Counted from the stretch's first letter, positions 8,720 to 15,469 are shown. The stretch is 35,808 bases of DNA from Dehalococcoidia bacterium (GCA_035529555.1 DATKWL010000025.1:1-35808), one strand, 5' to 3'. Numbers and translations: made by a program. The notes: generated from the sequence alone by a model not told the origin.

Positions 8720-8728
8720 GGCAACCTC

Positions 8729-9211
8729 CTAGACCTTGATCTTGACGGCATCCGCATCTGTATCGATGGCCAGAATAAAATCCTCGTCCGTTGTAGCTTC
8801 CCCGAAGGTAATCCAGATATAGGTATCGTAATTCTTGGCCTCTATCGCATCGGGGTCGAGATAGAGCACAGGCTGTGTCTCGAAGTCCTTCTTGGGGGTG
8901 AATGAGTATTTCTTTCCCGCCACTGCCTCCACTTCCATGGGGCCGCCCCAGGTCCAGAGGCCTCCGGCGAGGTTGGCGCCGTTGTTGAAGTCACCGCTGC
9001 CCTTCTTCAGCCCCCAGCAGATAAATAGCTGCCTCTCCGGGCCGGTATAGGTGAAACTCACCTTCGACAGAGTGACCTTATCGCCCAGATAGATAGCAGG
9101 CGGTTTTTTCAGCGCATAATAGAGGCCGCCGCCGATGAGCGCAACGCCTGTCCCTACCGCGATTACTTTGCCGGTATCAACTTTTGGCGCAGTCTTCTCT
9201 TCTATTGCCAT
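8729..9211 (-). CDS. Membrane-anchored paralogue of 8261..8719 (160 aa)
   Basis: I moved the start to ATG 9211 (MAIEEKTAPK..), with AAGGTG upstream just after the stop of 9217..9879. It has a TM stretch VIAVGTGVALIGGGLYYAL. Confidence 0.7.
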   Translation of the reverse strand: MAIEEKTAPKVDTGKVIAVGTGVALIGGGLYYALKKPPAIYLGDKVTLSKVSFTYTGPERQLFICWGLKKGSGDFNNGANLAGGLWTWGGPMEVEAVAGKKYSFTPKKDFETQPVLYLDPDAIEAKNYDTYIWITFGEATTDEDFILAIDTDADAVKIKV

Positions 9212-9216
9212 AATCT

Positions 9217-9879
9217 TCACACCTTCGCATAGGCCACCTCGAGGGATTTCACCTGAGCACTTACCCCCGCTGCAATTGTAAACGGCCCCTTTAATTCGTC
9301 CTGTACCCATGAGGGTATATCGAAGTCGTAGTGGCCTGCGACAATGTTGAACTGAAGGTCGTAGTCAGGCATGGTAAATGAGACGTTGAAGTATGTTGGC
9401 TGGCCAGCAGGAAGCCATGTGTATATCGGATAAATATCGCCCCACCAAGCCGGGTAACCCCACACTGTAATATAGGCGTCCACGCCCCCTACATTTTTAA
9501 CCAGGACTGAGACCTGAACCGTAGTTCCTGGGGAGGCTTGATTCGGGTAGCTGATGGTTTGTATTTGCGCTTTAGCGGAGGAAGGAGCAGGCGGGTATCC
9601 TTCGGTAAGAGCACCAGTCATAGCATTTATGGTATAAATTCCGCCATCGCTGAGGTTAAACGGGCCGTAGGGTCCTAACTGTTGAGGTGTGGTAGGCTGC
9701 GCCCTTACAAGCACCCAGTAGCCGTTCAACTCGATGTTGGAGATATCGAAGCTCTGGTCGATAGGGATTCCGCTTTCCCAGTATCGCCACTGCTGCGTTG
9801 CCTGGTCATAGCTCATTATGGTCCAGGCATATGTGCCTTCGGGAAAGTTCGTGGCGAATAGTCGAAATGACCCTAACAT
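9217..9879 (-). CDS. Hypothetical virion-module protein (220 aa) with an Ig-like (CARDB-like) segment
   Basis: The segment PGTTVQVSVLVKNVGGVDAYITV resembles CARDB/Ig-like strands. The C-terminus SLEVAYAKV matches that of 8261..8719. Confidence 0.7.
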   Translation of the reverse strand: MLGSFRLFATNFPEGTYAWTIMSYDQATQQWRYWESGIPIDQSFDISNIELNGYWVLVRAQPTTPQQLGPYGPFNLSDGGIYTINAMTGALTEGYPPAPSSAKAQIQTISYPNQASPGTTVQVSVLVKNVGGVDAYITVWGYPAWWGDIYPIYTWLPAGQPTYFNVSFTMPDYDLQFNIVAGHYDFDIPSWVQDELKGPFTIAAGVSAQVKSLEVAYAKV

Positions 9880-9882
9880 TCT

Positions 9883-10365
9883 CTATCTCCGGGCTGCCGT
9901 GATGTACTCCGGGCCCTTCTCAACCACCCTGGTCGCTACCGGCCTCATGACATAGGCAGCCAGCACCAGACCACCCACGCTGATTAAGGTTACAGGAATG
10001 ATATATTTCGCCAGGGCATCGATAACACCACCCACCTTCCAGCCCAGGAAGGCCGTAATTCCCAGCCCGCCCAATGCCGTGATTATCAACAAGGCCAGCG
10101 GCCAGGCGGCCACTCCTTGAGGGCGGTTGGGTCTGGTGAAGACCATACGTAGCGCATCAGGCCATTGTTTAGTGGAGCCCATTTCTATGGAGTGCAGCAG
10201 AAGTCCTGAGCTTAGCAGGCGTTGCTCCAACTGGTCTACTTCCTGGTCGCTGAGGTCCCGGGGCAGTCCCAGAATGAGTTCAACCTTCTGCCCCGGCGAG
10301 TAGAATTCCATGACTGCCCTGTCCAGAGACCTCGTGTCTGTGCCTTCCAGCTTGACTTTGGCCAT
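9883..10365 (-). CDS. Membrane protein (160 aa), first gene after promoter 10416..10444
   Basis: GGGAGGAG lies 5 nt upstream of the ATG. There are two C-terminal TM helices (WPLALLIITALGGLGITAFLGW and IIPVTLISVGGLVLAAYV). Confidence 0.7.
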   Translation of the reverse strand: MAKVKLEGTDTRSLDRAVMEFYSPGQKVELILGLPRDLSDQEVDQLEQRLLSSGLLLHSIEMGSTKQWPDALRMVFTRPNRPQGVAAWPLALLIITALGGLGITAFLGWKVGGVIDALAKYIIPVTLISVGGLVLAAYVMRPVATRVVEKGPEYITAARR

Positions 10366-10380
10366 GGCGCTCCTCCCAAA

Positions 10381-10409
10381 TAAAAAAGGCCTGCGGGGCC
10401 GCAGGCTTT
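10381..10409 (-). terminator. Leader hairpin / intrinsic terminator between promoter and first structural gene
   Basis: Minus-strand RNA reads AAAGCCUGCG-GCCC-CGCAGGCC followed by UUUUUUAUUU, directly before the SD of 9883..10365. Confidence 0.55.
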
Positions 10410-10415
10410 ACATAT

Positions 10416-10444
10416 TATGTATACGAAAATTAAGAAAATGTCAA
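10416..10444 (-). promoter_or_regulatory. Sigma70-type promoter, TTGACA-N17-TACATA (alternative -10 boxes nearby)
   Basis: The minus strand reads cTTGACAttttcttaattttcgtaTACATAatatg. The -35 box and the first 7 spacer nt are identical to promoter 8225..8252. Confidence 0.55.
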
Positions 10445-10503
10445 GTATAGAGGCCGAGCGGTTTTACTAAGTAATGGTTGTATTTAACGATTGCCGGAAG
10501 TGG

Positions 10504-10519
10504 TGCTAAGTTATGGTTG
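10504..10519. repeat. Left arm of a 16-bp inverted repeat flanking ORF 10584..11090
   Basis: TGCTAAGTTATGGTTG matches the reverse complement of 11082..11097 at 15 of 16 positions. A direct near-copy CTAAGTAATGGTTGT lies at 10467. Confidence 0.4.
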
Positions 10520-10583
10520 TCAGACAAGCGGACACTACAGGTAGTGGTAGGAGAGACGCTATGCAAAGTGATAGAATAGGGAC

Positions 10584-11090
10584 ATGGATTTCAATTTCAG
10601 GCGTGGATTGTTTATCAGTCTTATTATCGGCGGGATGGCCGCTATGATGGTAGGAGTACTTTCTACGGCCGAAGCTTCTCTATGTGTTGGGATAGTAATG
10701 CTAATGTTAGCCACAATTTGGGGATTTCTGTTTTTATGCCCCAAATCCCCAGTGAAAAAATACTGGTGGTCTATCCCGGATAAACTAATGTTTGTGATAC
10801 CAAAAGAACCCGGCTACAAAGCAACAGTGCACAGTGAATATGTATCTGTCTGGGTAGACCTAACCTCCCAGTCAGGCATAATGGTTGATAGAATAGCTAT
10901 AAAAATAGGCCGGAAAAGGATTTACTCTTTTGAGTGGAAATCACATGAGGTAGCGGCACATGAACATAAATTCTTAGATTTCAAGAGACCTGATTGGTTG
11001 GGTACAGGGAAGTATGAAGCTAAGTTGATTGCTTATACCACTGAGGGCTATTCCCAATCCAGGAAGTTTATACTTGAGAATCAACCATAA
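10584..11090 (+). CDS. Membrane protein (168 aa), oppositely oriented low-GC moron
   Basis: ORF track. Two N-terminal TM helices are followed by a beta-rich domain. It is the only plus-strand gene inside the minus-strand module. The SD is weak. Confidence 0.6.
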   Translation: MDFNFRRGLFISLIIGGMAAMMVGVLSTAEASLCVGIVMLMLATIWGFLFLCPKSPVKKYWWSIPDKLMFVIPKEPGYKATVHSEYVSVWVDLTSQSGIMVDRIAIKIGRKRIYSFEWKSHEVAAHEHKFLDFKRPDWLGTGKYEAKLIAYTTEGYSQSRKFILENQP

Positions 11091-11097
11091 GTTAGCA
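11082..11097. repeat. Right arm of the 16-bp inverted repeat (overlaps the stop codon of 10584..11090)
   Basis: CAACCATAAGTTAGCA. See 10504..10519. Confidence 0.4.
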
Positions 11098-11129
11098 TCG
11101 GGTAAGGCAGCCCGAAAAACAACTATAAC

Positions 11130-11798
11130 TTAGGAGAACCGGCCGAGCTCCCTGAGCCGGCAGGGACACGACACCTTCTTAACGTCCAGGCAGATCTCCT
11201 CGTCCATGCAGGTCAGATGGATATCGTTGACAAAGGCATCCGGTATATAAGTGGAGGAAACCAAGGCCATCGGGATCCAGGGATTACGATTACATGAAGG
11301 CGGCGGCATTGTTGCCTCGAGAACATACCAGACGCCATTTTGACGCTGCACGATGACCCAGGCGTGGCCGCCAACATGGTCTACAGCAAGCTGACCAATA
11401 GCCATAGAGACCCTGTCCTCAGGCAGGCGGTTTCTCAGCAGCGATACCAAAAGATTAGACTTCCCCACGCAGTTGGCAGCCCCCTTCTTGAGCACCTGCT
11501 CAGGAAGAAGGCAGCGCTGGCAATAGACTGTGCTGTCGTAGAACTGCACGGTGCTGCCATAGGATTTGTACCTGATCTTCCGTCCAACCAGGTCCCAGGC
11601 TGCCAGGATAAATTCGTCCTCGTCCTGAGGCAGAGTAGCGGCGATATCGGCGACATTCTGAGGGCTGAACAGCTCGTCCAGTGCATATGTGCCCTTGTTC
11701 AGGCGGGACTGAATCCACCATACTGATAGACCCGCGGCTAACGAGCCGGTGAGACTCAGAAACAGATGTTGGCCAAGCTTGTTCTGTTCAGTGGTCAT
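11130..11798 (-). CDS. Transglutaminase-like cysteine protease-fold protein with N-terminal TM helix (222 aa)
   Basis: I moved the start to ATG 11798 (MTTEQNK..), which has GGGGGA upstream. The Cys-His-acid pattern GAANCVGKSNLLVSLLR ... GGHAWVIV ... YVLEAT is typical of the transglutaminase-core fold. Confidence 0.7.
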   Translation of the reverse strand: MTTEQNKLGQHLFLSLTGSLAAGLSVWWIQSRLNKGTYALDELFSPQNVADIAATLPQDEDEFILAAWDLVGRKIRYKSYGSTVQFYDSTVYCQRCLLPEQVLKKGAANCVGKSNLLVSLLRNRLPEDRVSMAIGQLAVDHVGGHAWVIVQRQNGVWYVLEATMPPPSCNRNPWIPMALVSSTYIPDAFVNDIHLTCMDEEICLDVKKVSCPCRLRELGRFS

Positions 11799-12306
11799 CT
11801 TTTTCCCCCGGCCATGATTCCAGCCATATCCCCTCATTGTCCTGCCTGACCCATAAGTGATGTGATGGTATGAGCCAGGCCAGAATGCTTTGCTTGGAAG
11901 GAGAGGCAATAAATACTTCATCGGCGACACGGTAGAGCTCATTTATAGCCTGAACAGCGTCGTCGATAGCAGGGAGATGTTCGATTACGTGCGACGCCAG
12001 TGCGGTTTTGAAAAAACCATCAGGGAAGGGGATATCCCTGACATCGGCCACCACGGATTCACAGCCAGTGCAGGCCCTGGGCTCTATGTCCAGACAGACA
12101 TCGCCACAGCCGTGCGCCTTCATGTTAAAAAGACCGCGGAGGGGATTGGTGCCGTAAGGTCCTCCCACTACCAGCATCGGCTTGCCGGCTTCCCTGGCGA
12201 TGTGCCAGGCCAGGGCGTACTTATCGTTGCGCTCCTTAACCTGGCTAAAGCCAACTTTCGCCTGCCAGCTCAGCAAAGATATAGCCAGGAAATGCACGGC
12301 TTTCAT
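11788..12306 (-). CDS. Class I SAM-dependent methyltransferase (172 aa)
   Basis: LVVGGPYG (motif I-like), CLDIEP, and ADVRDIPFPDGFFKTALASHVIEHL (Methyltransf_11-type motifs). The start is coupled to the upstream stop as ATGA. Confidence 0.7.
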   Translation of the reverse strand: MKAVHFLAISLLSWQAKVGFSQVKERNDKYALAWHIAREAGKPMLVVGGPYGTNPLRGLFNMKAHGCGDVCLDIEPRACTGCESVVADVRDIPFPDGFFKTALASHVIEHLPAIDDAVQAINELYRVADEVFIASPSKQSILAWLIPSHHLWVRQDNEGIWLESWPGEKDDH

Positions 12307-12533
12307 GATTGCGGATTTTCTCCCTTAAGCTCTTTGTCGATCTCCCTGAGGCGCTCTAAAAGTTTGTCCCTCTCGGATTCCAGTTTTTCCTTTTTATCGG
12401 GTTCTGCTTGAGCGCCCGTGTCTTCGATGGTGATTTTCAGAGGCCCCAGTTGTAGCTTGGCCTGCTCTATTTTAATCCCCAGATCTCCAAGGGTCAATTT
12501 CTTGCCCTTCTTAGGCGACTCCTCACCGTTCAT
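12303..12533 (-). CDS. Small coiled-coil protein (76 aa)
   Basis: GGAGGAG lies upstream of the ATG. The Lys/Glu/Leu-rich heptad-like sequence reads EKLESERDKLLERLREIDKELK. Confidence 0.6.
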   Translation of the reverse strand: MNGEESPKKGKKLTLGDLGIKIEQAKLQLGPLKITIEDTGAQAEPDKKEKLESERDKLLERLREIDKELKGENPQS

Positions 12534-12888
12534 GTTCTCCTCCCACTTGTGACCTCAGCCACTTTATTTCTTTATTGACCCATATCTGAGCCTTCTCATC
12601 GGCCTTAATAAGCTTGACTAACCATGGGGGCAGAAGGCTTACCAGGTCATCATCGGTCAGCGCTTCCAGAGCCCAGCGATACTTTTCGGCGGATTTAAGT
12701 GCCTGTTTCCACTCCTCGGGTATGTGAGGATAAAATCGCCGGTCGTTGTTAATGAGCCACTTGATTTTGTCCTCCCCGATGGTATTCAGGACCGGCCACA
12801 GGTGCTCTTCCGCGGGGTCCCTGGCCTCTGAAAGTACGACATGTCGCTTCAGACCTTTGACATTAAACTTGGGAAACTTCACTTTCAT
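12523..12888 (-). CDS. Hypothetical protein (121 aa)
   Basis: ORF track. GGAGG lies 9 nt upstream. The gene is operonic with its neighbours through short overlaps. Confidence 0.6.
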   Translation of the reverse strand: MKVKFPKFNVKGLKRHVVLSEARDPAEEHLWPVLNTIGEDKIKWLINNDRRFYPHIPEEWKQALKSAEKYRWALEALTDDDLVSLLPPWLVKLIKADEKAQIWVNKEIKWLRSQVGGEHER

Positions 12889-13834
12889 CCTTGGTCGCCT
12901 CCACTATTTCCCATACCGAGCCGCATCCGCCTTCATCAGTTTTGCACTCCACCTCTGCAGCATCCGGCGGCACATCCAGCATTTTGCCACAGGTACACTT
13001 GACCTTCTTGGGCCTTATTATCCTCTCCCGGGGAGGAGGCTCTGCCTTCTGTTTTCTTGCCGGCGCCTCGTAGCCCTCCTCCGTTTCGATTGACTCCATA
13101 ATACCCTCCGCCAGGTTCAGCAGTTTTGATGTTGCTTTGTCCTTGCGCTGCTCATCTTTTTGCGCAAGTAGCTGGGTGTCAGCTGCCGCTTGTTTCCTCA
13201 GTTCAAAATCCTCCAGCCAGTGACGGTCATCTATTTCCCAGCGGCGCTTCTTTTCCGCCAGGTCTTCTGTCCACCGGTCATGACGGCCCGACTCGGCTAT
13301 CTTGATCTTCTCCAGCTCTATCATATTGGGCAGGTCGGAGGGTTTCGTAGCCATGGAATCTGGAAGTCCCATCCGTTTCTTTAGCTGGTCGACCAAGGTG
13401 TTTAGCTTGACATCAGTCGCCATCAACAAGTCTATCGGGTCGGCCGTGCCCTCGGAGACCTTCTGTTTCAAGTCATTGAGGTCTTCCTTGAGATGATCCA
13501 GATAAAGGTCTGAGCCTGACCCTTTGCCGCCTTCACTCAGTTTATTCAGCGCAGACTGTACCAGCTCGCTCTGAGACTTGAAAATTGTTCCGATGTCTAT
13601 TGTCACCTTCTCGTCCGATTTCCCCACGGCAGCCGGTGGGGCCTCTTCTTTAATCCCCGCAGCCTGCTTGAAGGCTTTCAATCTCTCGCCTCTATAGACC
13701 GCAGCTTCGATCTGGTCAACGGGGTCTGGTGCCTCTTTTTCCTCCTTCGGTTTCTCAGATGGGGGTTGCGCCGTTAGGTTCAGCTTCCTCGACACATCTT
13801 CCGCGAAGTCCTTCCTGTCCGTTGGTCCTGCCAT
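12863..13834 (-). CDS. Long coiled-coil protein with C-terminal zinc ribbon (323 aa); a scaffold-like role is only a guess
   Basis: AGGAGG lies 6 nt upstream of the ATG at 13834. A charged helical body is followed by the C-terminal segment CTCGKMLDVPPDAAEVECKTDEGGCGSVW. Confidence 0.7.
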   Translation of the reverse strand: MAGPTDRKDFAEDVSRKLNLTAQPPSEKPKEEKEAPDPVDQIEAAVYRGERLKAFKQAAGIKEEAPPAAVGKSDEKVTIDIGTIFKSQSELVQSALNKLSEGGKGSGSDLYLDHLKEDLNDLKQKVSEGTADPIDLLMATDVKLNTLVDQLKKRMGLPDSMATKPSDLPNMIELEKIKIAESGRHDRWTEDLAEKKRRWEIDDRHWLEDFELRKQAAADTQLLAQKDEQRKDKATSKLLNLAEGIMESIETEEGYEAPARKQKAEPPPRERIIRPKKVKCTCGKMLDVPPDAAEVECKTDEGGCGSVWEIVEATKDESEVSQV

Positions 13835-14201
13835 GATTGCCTCCTGTCCCTGTTTGATAGATTGACCTCATGAAGCGGCACGCTACTCGTATGAAAGAGG
13901 AGAAGTCACCCTCAGCCCCCATACTTTTCACATCGCGATACTGGTCGTAGGCATCATCGATGTCAATGCGAAAGAGTGGTATTCTGTCGTCGCCCAGGAT
14001 GAAGGTATGAAGAGGCTGTTCCTTTGTGGTGCTGAGAGGTTGACTCTGGGTGAGGGATGGCTTAAGGCCGGCGCCGTTCTTCTTGAACTGCTGGAAATAG
14101 TTATAGGTCGTTCTTTTTCCCAGTCCCAGCGCCTTCACGTCCGGGTCGCTGGGACGTTTACCCTGGGAGTATAGCTCAAAGGCCTGCTCTTTCTTGCTCA
14201 T
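13755..14201 (-). CDS. Helix-turn-helix protein (149 aa), first gene of the minus-strand arm
   Basis: I moved the start to ATG 14201 (MSKKEQAFELYSQGKRPSDPDVKALGLGKRTTYNYFQQFKK, HTH-like). The track's 5' extension would cover the operator region. The 3' end overlaps the next gene by 80 nt. Confidence 0.55.
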   Translation of the reverse strand: MSKKEQAFELYSQGKRPSDPDVKALGLGKRTTYNYFQQFKKNGAGLKPSLTQSQPLSTTKEQPLHTFILGDDRIPLFRIDIDDAYDQYRDVKSMGAEGDFSSFIRVACRFMRSIYQTGTGGNHGRTNGQEGLRGRCVEEAEPNGATPI

Positions 14202-14216
14202 AGCCACCCGCCTCGA

Positions 14217-14290
14217 TGTAGTACACCAGATGTAGTGCACTAGCGGTGCATCTGAGTGTAGTGCACTATCACTACACCCGGTGTAGTGAA
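14217..14290. promoter_or_regulatory. Operator array: five TGTAGTG half-sites, including two TAGTGCACTA palindromes
   Basis: TGTAGT[AG]CAC occurs at 14217, 14231 and 14257, and TGTAGTGAA at 14282. An inverted CACTACA at 14270 forms TGTAGTG-N6-CACTACA. Confidence 0.6.
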
Positions 14291-14311
14291 ACCCGCAGGC
14301 CTTTCTCCAGT

Positions 14312-14344
14312 ATTTTACCACATTTTTGCAAGACATGGTATAAT
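14312..14344. promoter_or_regulatory. Back-to-back divergent extended -10 promoters
   Basis: Plus strand: TTACCA-N18-TGgTATAAT, with the -10 box at 14339..14344. Minus strand: TGgTAAAAT, with the -10 box at 14317..14312. The two -10 regions form an imperfect inverted repeat. Confidence 0.5.
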
Positions 14345-14358
14345 CGACAGAGGAAGGG

Positions 14359-14414
14359 ACCTGCGGGCTAAAGCCTTTACCGTTAAGGTTGGGCACTCGT
14401 CGCGCAGGTTTTTT
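14359..14414 (+). promoter_or_regulatory. Leader hairpin with U tract immediately before ATG 14418
   Basis: ACCTGCG (14359) pairs with CGCAGGT (14403). TTTTTT then runs into AATATG. No SD is visible, so the hairpin may act as an attenuator or structured leader. Confidence 0.4.
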
Positions 14415-14417
14415 AAT

Positions 14418-14939
14418 ATGTCAAACATTTATCTCAAAGCCGTCAAGACGGCGGTGCTGCTCGCCATTGAAGGTAGGGAGATAGCAAAGCCCTCCGGCAT
14501 GACCAAAACCCCTGCCAAGACCGATAATGCCTCTAAAACAGAGCCACAGGGCTTGTCACCCTCGGCGTTGCCCACCACGGCGGAGACACTGGAGGAGCTG
14601 CGGCGCCGGCTGGGCAAGGAGCTGTATCAGATGGAGTGGGACTTGAAAGGCGGAGCGAGGATCGCCGGCAAGCCCTGTGACTGCCTCGGCTCCAAGCACA
14701 ACCTGGGTCTGGAAGCGGTTGCCGAGGAGCTCATGTCTTACGAAAGGAATCCTGTATATTCCGAGATCCTCAACTGGCTGAAGTCGCATCAGGCTAAATT
14801 CCCAGTTGAGGTGATCGCTCAGACGGAGCCTGATTATTACCGCGGTCTGGCTCCCGAGGTGAGAGACTTCCGCAAGCGCGTTATGGGTACTGAGAAACTC
14901 TCGGCGCTGCGAGCATCAGCTACTTCCTTGAGCCATTAA
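14418..14939 (+). CDS. Hypothetical protein (173 aa)
   Basis: I chose the internal ATG of track ORF 14286..14939 because the longer version would cover the promoter and operator region. No SD is present. Confidence 0.5.
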   Translation: MSNIYLKAVKTAVLLAIEGREIAKPSGMTKTPAKTDNASKTEPQGLSPSALPTTAETLEELRRRLGKELYQMEWDLKGGARIAGKPCDCLGSKHNLGLEAVAEELMSYERNPVYSEILNWLKSHQAKFPVEVIAQTEPDYYRGLAPEVRDFRKRVMGTEKLSALRASATSLSH

Positions 14940-14960
14940 ACTGGCTTGGAGTACAGGCAG

Positions 14961-14989
14961 TTGACAAACCTCACCGTTTATGCTACTGT
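14961..14989 (+). promoter_or_regulatory. Candidate promoter, TTGACA-N17-TACTGT
   Basis: Consensus -35 box and weak -10 box, 22 nt after the stop of 14418..14939. Confidence 0.4.
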
Positions 14990-15043
14990 CCAATCAGCTA
15001 GCACGGCGTGAAGTCGTCTGACCCCTTTACAATAAGGCATCGA

Positions 15044-15075
15044 AGACCTGCGGCAACGCAGGTCTTTATATTTTT
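15044..15075 (+). terminator. Intrinsic terminator / leader hairpin
   Basis: 9-bp stem AGACCTGCG/CGCAGGTCT with a GCAA tetraloop, followed by TTATATTTTT. It lies 16 nt before the ATG of 15092..15370 and overlaps nothing else. Confidence 0.65.
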
Positions 15076-15091
15076 AGAGAAGGAGGTCGAA

Positions 15092-15370
15092 ATGAAAGTC
15101 CCTGTTAACCTAGCTGCCATCATGGCAAGCCCAACGATGTCGGTCAGCACCTCGCCATTCGCCCCAGACATGGCGATCATCAAGAGGGCGAGCTTCCCTA
15201 AAGGCGTAGTGCCCAAGCACCTGGAAAAATATCTGATCAGGAAGGGTGAGTGCGCGGGTAGGACCGGCACACTCGTCTACCATGGCGTCAAGATCCCGGC
15301 TACTTCGGTATGCGTGGCTGAGAAGCATGGCGTGCGTGCGGTCAGGCGGACCAAGAAATCCGAGGAGTAG
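15092..15370 (+). CDS. Hypothetical protein (92 aa)
   Basis: I chose the internal ATG at 15092 because AAGGAGGT lies 5 nt upstream. Confidence 0.6.
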   Translation: MKVPVNLAAIMASPTMSVSTSPFAPDMAIIKRASFPKGVVPKHLEKYLIRKGECAGRTGTLVYHGVKIPATSVCVAEKHGVRAVRRTKKSEE

Positions 15371-15407
15371 GCTAGGCTTACGCCTGGCGTAATTCATCAA
15401 AAACAAG

Positions 15408-15442
15408 TATAGGGCAGTCTTGACAGGGCTGCCCTATACTTT
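15408..15442 (+). terminator. Hairpin terminator whose loop carries the next promoter's -35 box
   Basis: Perfect 10-bp stem TATAGGGCAG/CTGCCCTATA with an 11-nt loop, followed by CTTTT. Confidence 0.5.
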
Positions 15443-15448
15443 TATCAT
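15420..15448 (+). promoter_or_regulatory. Promoter, TTGACA-N17-TATCAT
   Basis: Consensus -35 box and good -10 box, 22 nt upstream of ATG 15470. Confidence 0.6.
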
Positions 15449-15469
15449 GCCTTTAGCATTAGGTGTGGC

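Noticed and set aside
10561-10647. A 28-codon upstream ORF with a good SD (AGGAG) overlapping the start of 10584..11090.
   Set aside because: It is very short and shows no conserved features. It may be a regulatory uORF, but I have no support for that.
4015-12411. Other opposite-strand ORFs inside the structural arm (4015..4416, 7021..7449, 7519..7929, 11340..11726, 11890..12411).
   Set aside because: They overlap well-supported minus-strand genes. None has an SD or a motif. 7519..7929 would also run through the terminator array.
13755-14396. The 5' extensions of 13755..14396 and 14286..14939.
   Set aside because: Both would translate through the operator and promoter region and overlap each other on opposite strands. 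The internal ATGs give sensible N-termini.
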